Assembly (NCBI GenBank): GCA_905178155.1
Contig: CAJINV010000002.1
Coordinates: forward strand, 7,408,743 to 7,472,742
Direction: 5' to 3'
DNA: 64,000 bases
Source: Amoebophrya sp. A120
Taxonomy: Eukaryota > Protista > Dinoflagellata
Shown here: piece after piece, positions 11,271 through 25,032 of the stretch
Numbering within the stretch: position 1 is the first letter of the stretch
How the letters are laid out: every line of letters begins with the position of its first letter
Made by a program: the position numbers and the translations under genes
Notes under the pieces: model-generated
The model's input: the letters and a program-made list of their open reading frames with translations, nothing else
What the model was told of the DNA's origin: nothing
Databases searched by the model: none

Positions 11271-13079
11271 TGAAAACAAGAAAGATCACCTCATTCGGAA
11301 TCGGATGGGCCATCCGGAATAGCCGCGCGAACATATAAATTGTGATTATGTATCACATTTGCATGAAATAGATTTTTACATAGGAATATCCGGTGGACGC
11401 GGGCGATGAGAGCGCGCAAGCTTCGGATTTTACATCGCATTCGAAAAGGGCTTCAGACACAGATCAAATTTTTCATCGTGCGAGCAATTTTCTGCGTTTT
11501 CATACATTGTGCTCCGGCCGCGTATTTTTCCCGCGCCCTGGTAGAACCGTTGGTTGTCGCCCTGCTCGACGGTCGCAGAACTTTTTCCTTCTACGACAAC
11601 GGACGTGGACGATGGGTTCGTCATTAAGAGGGGAAGGAAGACGAAAACGGAAAACAGCACCTTCCGACCGGAAAGGACGATCTTGCTGAAAAAAACGACC
11701 ATGATGTTGATTGTCAAAATGGCATCATCAAGAGACGAGTATTATCATCGACCACAACCACATGAAATGTTGCATGTCCATGTGCTGCTTTACCGCTTTC
11801 TGAGTGGAACTGGAACTGCAGGCGCAACACTGAAACTGGATATTAAGTTGAGGGCATTATTTCATTTTCATCATGTTCTCAGTGTTAGAACTTGCCAAGA
11901 AGGCCATCCTCTGAATGTACTTAAAAATCCGTCTCCCATTGATCTAGATGAGGCGAACGCGCTCAGCGCGATGAAATCCAGCATGACCTCCTTAAATAGC
12001 CGTCGTTGCCGTAGGATGCACATTTTTCGATCTTCATACAACTAAATGCTCAAAGGAACAACTACAACCAGACAGAACAAGAAGCGAAACATTTAGACTT
12101 ATCGACGACAGCAACGACGCATTATAACAGAACGAAGATCATCAACAATTACAATGTTCGTGACTGGTGGCGAGTTTCTTCTTTTTGTTTTAATCAATGG
12201 TTGCATTAATTCCTTGTATACAGTGTCATTGTCGATTGGAATAGCTTCAACCATATTAGCGCCATCAACCAGACATAGAATGGAAACATATAAAATCATA
12301 AATCGTGTCATATTGTTTTCTCGTATAGTCGTTTTTCTGATGAGTCCAAGCCTAAACAAATAAAATTGTACACAAATGGAAGCGTAGACAGTAGGTGAAA
12401 CTTGTTTTTTCTAGAAATACCACGGCAAGAATACGCGTTTTTTTAAATTCGTTTATAACTCTAATCGTGAGAGTGCCTGAATTGAAAGTTGAAAAGCAAG
12501 AAACGATTCTAAAAAAGTGCCATCACTCAAAAATAAACACTGCGTTTGAAACTCTGAAATGATTTGATTACTTGTGTCCTTCTCAACAATCTGGAAGGAA
12601 GACGATACCAAGCGAACTATCTATCAAGACGAAAATGGAAATGCAACGCAGAAGTAAATACCCATTTTTATTTCGTAGCGATTGTTGAAAACTTGATTAT
12701 CTAAATCTATCGGACGGTGAAGCAGTAGAATAAACGTAGATATGAGCATCTCACATTTCTTATTCTTTGTCATCTTTTCGCTTTCTCATTGTATTAGTAT
12801 TTCTTTTGCGAAGCGCAGTCTTGTATCTTCTATCTCATGAACGACGCCTGCTCGAGGGGCTGCTGCTCGGACTCGGAGGTCTTGAATTTTGATTTTCTAC
12901 TCCTACTAACTTGGCTTGAATGTGAAATAACATCCACTGTTCTTTATGCTCGACGCACGATAGTGTGAGTGAGATTGGTACGAAGTATACAGTTTTTAGG
13001 AAAAAGGTGTTAAGGACAGAGTCAGAGTTGTGTTGTTTAGCGACTCAATGAATTACAACTACAGAATCTCCCTGCAGCT

Positions 13080-16000
13080 TTAGCCTTCTGCATCGTCGAA
13101 CCAGGGCGGGAAAAATTTCGCGCAACTAGGTGCTGGAGCGGCTTCCGCGGCCTCTTTCGTCGCGTTCATCACGTCCTCCGTGCTGCCTTCTTTCGAAACG
13201 TTCTCTTTCGACTGTGGTCCGGTACCGGTAGCGCCTTCGTTCGTACTGTCCTTGTCGCAGTTCGTCGTGGGGTCGCCCTTAGACGTAGCCGCGTTTTCTT
13301 CACCGTCTTTACTTTTTCCCGATGAAAAAACCGCAGGCGGGGCAGGGGCAGCAGCTTCTACATTGGTTGCGTCTGCAGCTGCAGGTCCAGTTTCGCAGGT
13401 TTCGGTATTGTTCTTGCCAGCAGCGCTGCTCGTTCCAGATGGTGCATTTGCGCTGCTGTCCCCCGTAGTACTGTTTTCAATCTTGTTCGTGGTGATTGTA
13501 CTCCTTGCAGGAGCCGGAACCGCGAGAGAAGATGTAGCTACTAATCTTGCGGCGGCAGGTTTAGGTGCTTGCAAAGGAGGCGCCGACGATGCGGATGCCG
13601 TGGCACTGCTTTTGTTCGTCGGCTGAGAAACAGGAACACTCTTCTCCTTCGGCGGACGATTGGATGGCCGGAAAATGTTAGCAACGTGCGCGTTGAACAT
13701 GAGGAAGGTGAAGTTTTCACTCGATTTATCGTTCCTCCGGCTTTTTAAATCCGTTTCCGCTTGCTTTTTCGCCGCCTCTCTCCTGTCCAAGTAGTACGGC
13801 TGGGCGAGCTGCTCCTGCTGCAGGATCTTCTGCGCTTTCGCAGCTTGTTCCGGACTCACGTTGAAGTCGTTCAACAAAGCTTGTTGCTCTTCAACTGGAA
13901 CTCCAGCCTGCTTCAAGAAACTCTTTTTCGCCTGTCGCTCTTTCTCCTGCTCCATGAAGCTGTGAACACGGGCCCGGTGGAAGACGCGCTCTGGGGCGTC
14001 TTCCTCGTAATCCTCGACTGCTTGTTCCTGGTCCTGTCCTGTTGACAATCCCCGGCGCAGGTCATTGGTCCCCAACGATTGTTGCGTCGCTGTGAGCTTG
14101 GTTTCAGTTTCTTTCCGCGTACTCTTCGCGTTTGCTTGTTCCTGTCTGGGAAGTTTAGGTTGCGTCGCTACAACTGGTAAGGTTGGCGGCTTCTTGGCAA
14201 CGAGTGCTGCAGGAGCCGGTTGTGTACTAGTACTTGGTTCCTGCACAGATGTTGAAGCAGACGCTGGAGCAGGAGGAGCACCGGACAGGACCGTACTGGA
14301 TGCAGCGTTGCTGCCTTCTGCTGCTGGAGCAGGCATGGTCTTCTCTGCCTGCTGCTGATTCTCCCCTTTGACACCGCCATCACGGCTCTCTTCCAGCAGT
14401 TTTTGCGACAGTAGCGGCTGAAAGCCACGACTATTGCAGCCTGGGGAAGATGCCATCGGTGACAGCAACGATTTCGGCTTCCACGAAAAGATGTTTCCCA
14501 AAATGCCGACAGGCCGCTGTAAGAATCCTCGTCCGTTGGAAGCAGTAGAAGTGTTGGGCAAGGGTGCAACGCCGTCGGCCGTACACGACAAAGATGAGGT
14601 GTCAGTGTTGAGCTGTATGACCCCGGGCGTTGAACTACTTGAAGCTCCAGGAACAGAAAGTTCCTGGTTTTTCGGTATGATCGGTGTGTAGTTCACTAAT
14701 TCCTCTTTCGGCTTATTTGCAGCGGTCATTCCCAATAGTGTAGAAGAATTCAGACTCCGGTCAATTGTGCTGGGCTGGTTAAGCGACGAGTTGATCTCAT
14801 TGGGTTTTTCATCATTTTCCTTCACCGGTGTACAGGAAACGCCGGAGGTCGCGGCTCTGATGCGCTCAACGGTGATGGGTTCGTTAACGGAAGTCGCAGA
14901 CGAAGTCTTGTTCGTTTCCTCCACGTTTACGGACTTCACTTCTGCAGGCACTTCGGCGGCTTTGTTCTCGGAAAGCTGCACCGATGCCGGCATCTCCGAC
15001 GAATCCTCCTCCGTCGTGTTTCCTAGGTTGAGGGAACACTTCTGCTCGACCGCTTTCTCCTCCGTACCCGTATCGTCGTGCTTTTCCGTCTTTACATCTG
15101 CTTCCGGACAACGTTCAACATTCTTCGCACCGTCGAGCGCCGAATCTTTTTCTTTGCCGGAGCTGCTTTCATCTGGCACCCCTTCTTTATCGTCAGCTCT
15201 CTTTTCGTTCGTGTTCTTGAAAAGGTTTACCACTGTCGCAAAATTAGTGCTGGGATCTCCAAGTCCGACTCCGCGTGCACCTCCGTTCCACAGTTCCTCG
15301 ATTTTCTTGCAATCCTCGTCCATTCCCAGTTTCTGTAGTTTCTTCATTCTTTCCAAGTGCCGTTCTTCCAGGATGCGCTGGTTATGATCGTCGAGAATTT
15401 TTACGGCTGCAGTTCCTCCTGTTGTCGACGTCGGCGCGCCTGTCTTGTCTGCACTTGCTTCATTGTTTTTCTCCGGTAGTTTTTGCTGATCGGAGGGCTG
15501 TGCAACGTGTAGCACTGCTGTACGTTCCTCAGCAACCTCAACATCAGCGGAGTTGATGTGATTCGGATTCCCCTTCTCGTTGTCCGCGTTTGTTTCCTTT
15601 CCTTCTCCATCACCCACACTTGCATCTTGATCTTGTGGCTGCGCCGTTGTTCCATGCAGTTTTGGCGAGGCGCAGGCACCAACGCCTGCGAGCTCTTCCG
15701 ACTCCAACTTCTCCCCGTTGTGTTCCACCTCCACGACCTCTTCAGGCTGTTCCCCGGGCGTCTTGTCCCACCAGAATGCGAAATCGATCATCTTCTGCTG
15801 TTCCGCAACCTCGTCGAATTTCTTCCCCTGCTGCATCGCCTCGCCCCACCGCTTCACAAGGAGGTCCAGGTTCCGCGCCGGTTTGATAATGACTCCACTT
15901 TGCTCCCACTGCCGGATCAGTTGCTTCACACCTGCGCCAGCACGGCCAGTAGACCCGGCGTTCTTCATCTGAGGCTTTCCAGCTGATGTTGCTCCAGAAG

Positions 16001-18812
16001 CGCCAGGAGCGGCCGCATTAGAGTTCGAAGGAGCTGCTGCGGATCCGGAGTTTCCTCGTCCAGTAGACCGCCATGCAGCCGCGCTATTTTTGTACCCGTT
16101 GTCAAAAGCAGACGCAAGTTGCTGCTGGTAGGCAGAAAGTTGCACTTCTTTTGATTTCAAGTACGCCACTTCCGAGGCTCTTCCGCCTTCCAGGGCCATC
16201 ATTGCCCCCGTACAAGCAATTGCAGCGGACATGGCAACGTCTGGAGCTGCTTGTTTATTTCCGAGGTACGGAACCCGATCCAATTCGGTGGCTGTCCCTG
16301 TCCCGTTCCCTGCTGTGCAAGATGGACCAGTAAACAACGTGCTTGAAGCTGATGCGGCTGACGCTTGCTCTGCGGACGTCCAACCAGTTTGGAAATGCTT
16401 CTGCCACCACTTCTTCTCTTCGAACACAGCCCAGTCGGCGGCCTCCAGAATGTCTTCGTCCCACCAGGGTGGCAGTTGGTTCGCCGTTTCAAACAGAGTC
16501 GCGTAGATCGGCCGGTCGGCGTTTGCGCGCTTGTAGGCAGCGTCCGCGGTCTCCTGCGCCATGGCGGACGGAGCGAGTTTGTTCTTCGTGTTGAAAGCAC
16601 AGAGAGCTGCCTCCGTCATGGCATTGCTAGCGGGTAAATTCGAGGAAGGTTGCTGGTTGGTACTGATGTTCTCCGCCAAAATACCTTCGACGGTGATCAC
16701 ATTCTTCGCTGACGTAGTGGCCGCTGCGGCACCGGAGAGCGTGTTGATATTCTTGTTATCCTCATCCAACGGTGGCGCAGAACCATTTTGGTCTTTTTCA
16801 CTTTGAACATTTTTCGGATTGGATGATTTTTGATCACCTCCAGTTGCGGAGAGGTTTTCGTTTTCGACGTTTTTCTCACCAGTAGTCTTGTCCTCGTCTA
16901 GTTGTAGTTGCGGCGCTTCGGCTCCGATTTCTAGTTCTGCTACCAGCTGCTTTTGTTCCGGATCGTCATCGACGTCCAGCAGCTTCTCCTTGTTTCCGCC
17001 TGCCGGCGGGGCAGCGGACTCTTCCTTCTTGCTCGAACTGCTGCCGGGCCCCACGTGGACTTGTGCCTTGGCACCAGGACCAGCGGCTGCACCGCCCTTT
17101 ACGATAGGACGACCAACCTTCCCGTCCACCTTCTTCGGCAGTTCGACGCCAAAGGGCACGTCGCTCTCCTTTGCTCCGACAACCGGCACGATGACGACCG
17201 GGGGAACTTTCTGTGCGGACGGAGGGCCCCGGCGCGGCGACTTTTTCACCTCCTTCTTTTCCGTTTTCTTGTTCGCCGGACTGGCTTTGTTGTCCACCTT
17301 CGCAGTGCTCGGAGTTTTCACATTTTTATTCTTCCCCGGTAGTCCGGTTGCAACTTTCACTTTGGCGGAAGGAGAGCTGTCGGCTGCCTTGTTTTGCGTC
17401 ACCATTGCCGTCGAGGAAGAACTACTCGCGCCAGCGCCGTTAACAATTCCTGCTCCGGTATTTTTCCCCAAAGCCGGCAGTTCCCACCGCCGCTTCTCCG
17501 CGACAGTTTTGCCCTTCAGCAAGGTCTCCAGCTGTTTCTGCTTTTCCTTGTATTCGTCCAAGCGGTAGGCCTTGTAGTCGGATAATGCGCAATGGTGCAG
17601 CATGCTGATCCGAAACTCCACCACTTTTTCGTCGCGCGCACGCGGACTGGCAGGACTGGTAGCAGGGGCATCTATTTGGTGCGGGTTTTTGCCATCGGAC
17701 GTGTCGGTGGCTTGCTTTGGCTGCAAATTTTCTAGCACGACCGGTGCGGACGCGGAGGGAAAGGAGGCCTATTTTTGGTCGGACAATTCAAATTTTTGGT
17801 CTTCTACTTCTATATTGATCGTCATCAATGAACAAAGAACATAACGACGAGAAAGATCCGGAGCCTCATCCGGTTCATGATCTCAAAGGGGAAGTTCGAC
17901 TCCATACCATTTCCATGATTGATGCTTCAGATGACAGAACGAAGTAGACCAATGAAAAACTCAGACGAAGTCCTAAAATCCGAATGAATATACCGATGCA
18001 GGGGCAGCTCCAAAGGTACCCATCGGGGGCTTTGGTGGCGCAATGGACGCCGCCTTGCCACGACGGTATGGCACCGGGCTCAGCGCGTCCGCGCCAATCG
18101 ATGCGGTTTTGGCCTGCACAAACGCGGCACAACCGTCATTGTCGCTTTTTTCCGCTTTTTTGCATTCCTCAGCGGGAGGGGTCAAACTACCTTCGTGGGC
18201 ACCCACAGCCTGTAGTTGCATTGTTGATGTTTTTTCAAATAAGCAGCTGTGCAAAAACATTGCCACTTTTGCTTTTGGCCATCTGGAAGATCAAAAACAG
18301 AAACACGAACACGATATTCATACCTGGACTGCGTCTGCCACCTCAGGAGCCGCGTCCTCAGCAATGGGGGCGAGCTTTCCCAACTCGCACGCCATCAGGA
18401 GCGATTCAGAATGTGCATTTCCTACTTGATCATGTTCTTCACCTTGTGCACCTTGTCCCTGTGAAAGAAGGCCGCGCTCCCGCTCCAAGATGGTAACTTC
18501 GGCCTCCTTTAACGGCTGGAACTTGGCAACGAGGTCTTTCCGAGTAGCGTTGTAGGTGTGCGTTTCGTAACCGTAGGCAGCTTCGGTTTCATCGAAAATG
18601 ATTTCGCCAAAGTCGAACTTCAGCAGCAAATTTAGTTCGTCCACAGCTTCGTCCGATAAAGAAGTCGCAACATTCTTGCCATTCTTCGACGAGTTACTTG
18701 TTTGAACAAACGTTACATGCGCAGTGTCCGCCCTGTGCCGCAGAGACCGGTAGGCCTGGCTCCGCTCCGCCGGCTGCAGATGCTGTGTTTTCTTGTTCTT
18801 TTGACCGCCCAT
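13080..18812 (-). CDS. Large unknown protein, tandem family paralog A
   Basis: ATG at 18812 in GCCACC context; frame-consistent GT-AG introns 18210-18323 and 17769-17993; N-terminal motif NLLLKFD..YGY..FQPLKEAEVTILERER; internal PPWWD..WWQKH. Confidence 0.8.
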
Positions 18813-20440
18813 GGTGGCGACTCCTGGAGTGCAACTGGAGTGCAAGAGAAACCAGATGAAAAGAAGAAGTCGGGAGCAGTCGCGGTGCTCGAGTTTTGCT
18901 TGGAGCGAGGAGCAGAAGTAGCACGATAGGTACGCGCGTCGACTGAAGAAATCGAAATGAATAATCGAAAAAAATCCGTTGTTTTATTTCGAACTGCTAT
19001 AATATTTTCGTGCGTGACATCAAATTATCAACACGCCTGAGCGCTTCGTAGTTCTGATCGCACAAGAGATGAGCTTCGAAAACGATGCGCACGACCGATG
19101 TATTGGATAATCGATGTTACCTGTCTCGTAGAGATGACGACCGCGACTGAGCAAAGCAGCTCAGAGCCAAACGATCCATGAATCTCACACCACGACACGT
19201 CGATCCATCGTCCTTATTCGAAGTTACGCGTCGAACGAGTCTGATCGTTGGCAGAAGCAAAAACGAACCTCGAGCACCATTAAGCTACGAATACGAATCA
19301 TTTGGTCCTCACAATATTGACACGATCACGAATTATTTGGTCATTATATGCGATATGGACACGACATGTACAAGTAGAATGAATCGTCTCACAGTCACAT
19401 CTCAATAAGTAGTCTCTGGATCTTAGGCACTGCAATCTCCGGAACAGTTCCGACGCGTATGCCTGCAGGCCTATCTCTGCGTCGACAACACGCTGCTCCC
19501 CTACAAATTGCGCTTAAATACTGAAACTGAGCAAATCAGATAAAATCTATTGGTGTACAATTTCAATTTGTTGCATTTTTGCTCGTCATAACATCGTATT
19601 GCTCGATGTGCCAAGAATCAGAACAAACGAAATCCCTAAATTTCCGTTGAATTCATATTATACATGGTTTGACGCAATACATTCAGAAACTTTAACACTG
19701 CTAGCTAGAAACACAAACTGTAAGCGTAAGGCTGCGATTATTTTTGCGAAGACTCTACTCTGTCCAAATATCTATAAAAGCGTCGTCCTAGTTTGTCTCA
19801 AATTAAACCGAGCCTCTTGCTCTTCATCAAGAAACAAGTGATAATGTCCGCCGTGCGCTTTGATCTGTCAAGGAAAGCTGCAAGAGGACGAGATAGAAGA
19901 TCCTGTGGTAGTTTCAAAATCGCTATAATAGCTGCTTTTGTTTTTCAGTAGATGTTGTATTGCCTGGAGAAAACTATTCGTGGTGCGTCGACGTCCACGT
20001 CGCCGTCTGACTGCAACTGATAATTCAACGTTCATAATTGCTGAGCAAAGTGCTGGTTAGAAACGTAACTATTTCGGAACAAGCCGAATAAATTCGTTTT
20101 GTACATGTTCATTCGCAGAAGAGTGTTGTGATAAAAATCCTATCAAGTTGTATAAAAAACGCGAAACGATATGGGCAGACAATCTCGCTCGAGAACGAAA
20201 GTGAAAGAAAGTATAACGAAAAACTACGTAACTTCTCAGGTTACGTCCTGACACTGCAACTCGTTTATTTTCATCGAGTACGTAAATACATAAGTAAGTA
20301 CGTCGATCAAGACACCGGATGAAAGTGAAAGTCGTGCTCGTACTTGACGTCTATTTCACTTTTTTGTGCTCATTTCTCGTTCCCGCAACATTCTAGGCTG
20401 ACACGTCCTAGACTTTTTTCGTCTTGTTTTCATCTCCCGT

Positions 20441-23400
20441 CTACACTATCGCCATGTCCGACCTGGGTGTGGAGATGGAAGTCGCATCCACATTCTTCGA
20501 TGGAATCAGTGACGGGGCCGACGACTCCCCTGCAGCAGCTGTCGAAACATTCTTGCTCCCATCCGCAAGGAGCTCTCTCACCTGTTTCTCCGGCCCAGCT
20601 GCGCCTTGCGCCGCTAGCTTCGGCACCGGCGGCGGCTGCAGGTGCTTCGCTTTTCGCCCCGGACAGGGACCCAGAACCTGATTGGTGGTTTGCGGAGCCG
20701 CGGCTGTTGACTGCGGGCCGCACGTGGACGCTCCTGCAATATTGGCGCAACCAGCCATGTTGCTTCCAACGCCGTCTTCTTTTTTGTTGGTGGTGGTATT
20801 TCCAACTGGAGCTCCAACAAACACAACAGCTTGATTTTCGTTCTGCTTCCCGGTTTTCACAACCCGCGGCGCCGGACTGAAACCCGACCACCAGGCAGAG
20901 GATGTTTCCGACGATGCCAAGGCATCACCTGCCGCAACTTTCTTTTCCGGACTAACAGACATGAAGGAGAGATTTTGCTGCTGGTCGTTGAGGCGGTTGA
21001 TATTGTGCCCGACGTTGGTCTGGTTCCCTGCTGTCGATTGAAGTCCTGCTGCGGGGGCAGGAGAGAAACCGCTACTGGGAGCACCAGCTGCACCGTTAAA
21101 GACCCCCCGCGAACGCGAAGCCGGTGTGAAGGCGCAGCGTTTATTGCTCGTGGAAAGATCATTCCGAAATTGCTGGAATGGCGAGCGCAAGGAGGACGAA
21201 GACGCCAAGCCGGCGACACCAGGGGTTCCGACGTGAAAAGTGCTTCGTCGTTCACGCAGCGGAGAACAACCGGCCAAGCTACCGTTTCTCAGCAAAGAAC
21301 CCCCGAACCGCGGCGGCTCGAAATTCAAATTTTTCGCACTGATCGAACTCCGGAGCAAAGGTGCGGCGGATGATTTGGCTGGGGAGGGGGAAAGTAAGCC
21401 TCCCACGGTAGATGTTGGCAACTCGTAGTAAAGGTTTTTCAGCTGAAACACTGACTGGCGACCATTGGTTGCTGGTGTGCTTGGGGTAGCGGCTCCGATG
21501 TTGTTGACGTGTGGTCCTCGGTTGTTTGTTCCGGCGGCGTCACCACCAGGGATTGGCAATTTCAGATTGGTGATCCCCAGACGCGGAGGATGCGGAACAC
21601 TCTGCGCAATAATTTTGTCCCCTTTGTAGAATGCTCCTGCATTCTTTTCCATAGCACCGAGACCGTCACCAAAGTGGAAAACGTCGCCGACTTCTTTGAT
21701 GCCCCTCATGGGCGACATCTTCACTTCAACACGGCCTTCGAGATGCAGTTCTGGTTGTGTCTTTTGCAGAGTCTCCGTGTCCTCGTCATCGTCCTCTGCA
21801 TAGTTTTCGTTGCCGAGAAAAATATCATCGTACTCGATTTCGTCGATGTACCGGATTTTTTTCGCCAGATCGTAGTTCGGACGAAAACTACCTGGCTCCT
21901 TCACTGGCACACCGCTCGGGTGCCGAAACTCTATGTGGTCCCCCGCGGGTTTGTCTTCAGTCGAGACTTTGAAAGCGTCGGGATTCGGCTTGCGCTGCGG
22001 CGGAGCGCCAAGGGAAGAGGAAGAAAAGATGTTCTGAGTCACGACGGGACCAGCGTCCGGAGTGCCGTCGCGGAAATCGGGGTTGTTAATAAGGTTCTTC
22101 GACGGTTCTTGTTCCTGCTCGGCCCCCGGTGCTAATCCAGGAGCTGCTGCTGCATCTTCTGTGGTCTTGATATGCAAATCAACTTTGCTTTGAGCTCCAG
22201 TGTCGGAAGACGAAGTTTTTTCTTTCGAGCCCTTGTTTGCAGTTGTAGTCTCCGCTCCTTCGCCAGCCGTGCTGTTTTGCATCAATCCCGATGTTGACGA
22301 CGCTTGCGCGACGGCGTCAGAATTGCCGTGGTTTTGCGCGGAAGATGCAGAGAGCTCTTTTTTCGAAGAGGATAACGAAGCCGCTTCATCTTTGCTTTTG
22401 ACTTTGATGTTTTCCGGAGCTGCTGCGATTGCGCTGGAAATTGTCGGGACTTGCAGCTGAAGAAGCGGCTGCTGCTGTTGCAATTGCACTCCGGCGAGAC
22501 TCACTGCGTTCAATATGTTCGGGGTGGTAATGCCAGGTGGCATGTGAAGAAGATTGATTTGCATCGGGAGGATCAACGGCGGTTTTCCACCGATTTGCGG
22601 CGCCGGCACTGCCGTGGTAGTGTCTGTCGCCACTGCAGAAGAGGACGTGGACAGCACCGTAACCGCTTGCGCTTGGGATTGGGCACTCAATGCCGCCGCA
22701 GCCGCTTTGTTTTTCGCCACTTCGGCCAAACTCGTCTTCAGCAACTCGGGTGAAGCCGGCTCCTCCAGGTGGTGCTTCCACCAGAACCACTCCGTCATCA
22801 GCGCTTCGTCGTAGTAGAACAGTTCTTTCATTTGCTTCTCTACATCCTTTATCAACTGTAAAAATGGCTGGGTCTGGAAGAATTCAGCTTGTCATGCTGA
22901 TTTTAGATTCTGAAAAAATCTGTATTGCATGAGCAGCAAAGACAAAGAGAGTCCAAGTTTTGCTACACGGAAAGAGCATTTGTCATGCGGTATAGGCATC
23001 AGGAAGCCCTCACAAAATCTGTCACGCTAGAGCATGCATCACAGACATCAGGAGTCATGCAAAATGTGCATGACAAACCTGGCAATCTTCCAGACCCAGA
23101 CATTTTTACATTTGATATCCTTCTCGCTCTCGTCCTTCCAGGTGATCGCGCGGGGCGCATCGAGCCGCGGGCTCCACCACGGCGGCGAGACGACCGCAAC
23201 AGGAGTTTTAGCAGAAGAAACGCCGTTCTTTTTCTTCGCTTGTCCACCATTGCTACTAGCAGCTGCGCCGTACACGATCGTCTTGGTGCCGCAGCCCCCA
23301 TCCGCCTCGGGCTGAAACAAATTCGTCCAGTACTTCTGCCCTTGCTGCATCCGCTCACAGCGGAGGACGTTTCCCAACTCGTTCTGGCGGTTACGAATTT

Positions 23401-25032
23401 TTGCTAAATTCGCCTCTGTGAAGTTGGATTCCGGTTTTGAAGTAGAGGAGTCTTCTTTCTTTTCCTCAGTTTTTTCGCCCTTGTTCGACGCATCCTTTAC
23501 CCCATTTCCGTCCGCCTTCGCAGCCACGGCTGCTTCTTCCTTCGCTTTTTTCGGGGAACTGATGTGGTCGTTTTGGTGTTTCGGGTCGAAGTTGATGTTG
23601 TCGTGGGTTTTGTTCCAGTCGTAGTTGCTGAAATTGATGTAGGCCTTGTTGGTCGTGATGAAATTCTTCCAAAAGCAATAGAACTGGTCGAACTTCTCCC
23701 CCTTCTTGGAAATCTCCTGCAGAAAGTCGCGGAATTCCATCGGGATGAACTTTTGCGCGCGAAACAGCTTCTTTTTCTCGCATAGGTGCTTCACCTGCAG
23801 CTGCTGGAGCTGCTGCTTCTCGCTGGGGTTCAAGTCGATGCTGTTTTCGATGCCCGCAAGAATCGTCCCCGCCTCCGGGTTGGAGATGCAGGCCGGGCCA
23901 AAAGTGCGCTCGGCCTGGCGCCGCAACTTGGTGGCTTCCTCGGCCTCGCGCTTCGCTTTGGTCTCCGCCTTGGCATTTTTCACCTGCTGGTTCTTCATTC
24001 TCAGCTCTGTGAGCCGGGTCCTGAAATGATCATGCCGTAGCACGTCCATGTGTTCAGGGATTTCGGACTGGACATTCTTCGTTGCATCCTTTCCCTTCGC
24101 GCCGGGTTTCGCACTGTTTTTTGCCTTGGCTTTGGCTTGTTTTGCAACAGGCGCTACGCTTGTCCCCTCCTTCACCTGATCAAGCCTCAGTGGCGGAACG
24201 AAGGGCGTGGTCTTACTCGAAGGTCGCGGCGCCGCGGTGGCTTCGGCTCCGGCGGCCGTCGCTGTCTGCGTGTTCGAGTCAGTTTGCACTTGGGTCAGAC
24301 TCAGCGGAGGAATGAAGGGGACGTTTTTGCTCGTCGGCTGGTTGATCTTGTCCTGCAAGGAAAAGAGGTTCTCCTTTTTGGCCTCCGAAGATGCAGATGG
24401 ACGAGAGGAGTCCTGTGACAATACCATGCAATTGAAATTCATTGTGTATTCTCAAGCAGAAAATAAAAATGAAAATCCTGTTTGCGCCACTACTACTCGG
24501 TGTAATAACAATAAGACTTCTCGCAACCAATGCCCTGTCAGCAGGAGTTTCTTTAAGTACGATTCCGAGTTGAAAACCGCTATCAAATGAAGTTAGAAAC
24601 ACCAAAGAACTAAAATAGATTTACCGGTCCAGCACCACCAGCGACATCTCCTCCTTTGTGTTCGACGCCCTCCGTTAATTGTGGCCCAACCCCTACAACT
24701 GGCCGCTCGCGGAACAAAATTTCCTTCTCCTTCGCATTCAGCGGCTTGAAGTACTCGACCGTGCCGTTCTGCTGCTGGAAAATGCTGTAGCCGTAGCCGG
24801 AACAGCCCTGGTTCATTTCGATTTGCTTCGCCCCCTCACTCATGGTCGCAAACCAGGTCGGAAAACGCAGTGGGGTACCGGACGTTCGATGGTAAATCTG
24901 CTCCATGTCAAACTTGAGTAGCAAATCCGGCGCGTCCAACGTTCTAGCATTCGCATGAAACGAAGCAGGAGGCTTACGAGCACCGCCGCCGTTCGGGCCC
25001 GTGCCTGAAGTGGGGGCGCCTGTTAAAGCCAT
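20441..25032 (-). CDS. Large unknown protein, tandem family paralog B
   Basis: GT-AG intron 24413-24624 plus a 273-nt non-canonical TIR intron at 22.85-23.12 kb; motifs DLLLKFDM..GYGYS..FKPLNAKEKEILFRER and PPWWS..DEALMTEWFWWK. Confidence 0.8.
22850..23117. mobile_element. Introner/MITE-like TIR element (268 bp), TSD TCCTT
   Basis: Arms TATCAACTGTAAAAATGGCTGGGTCTGGAAG / CTTCCAGACCCAGACATTTTTACATTTGATA; TCCTT at 22845-22849 and 23118-23122; removing 273 nt gives ESEKD-VEKQMKEL. Confidence 0.9.

Noticed and set aside
11266-11389. Possible further TAT...ATA intron with a GAATAT direct repeat 118 nt apart
   Set aside because: Arms are short, there is no clean 5-bp TSD, and the upstream frame hits a stop at 11430
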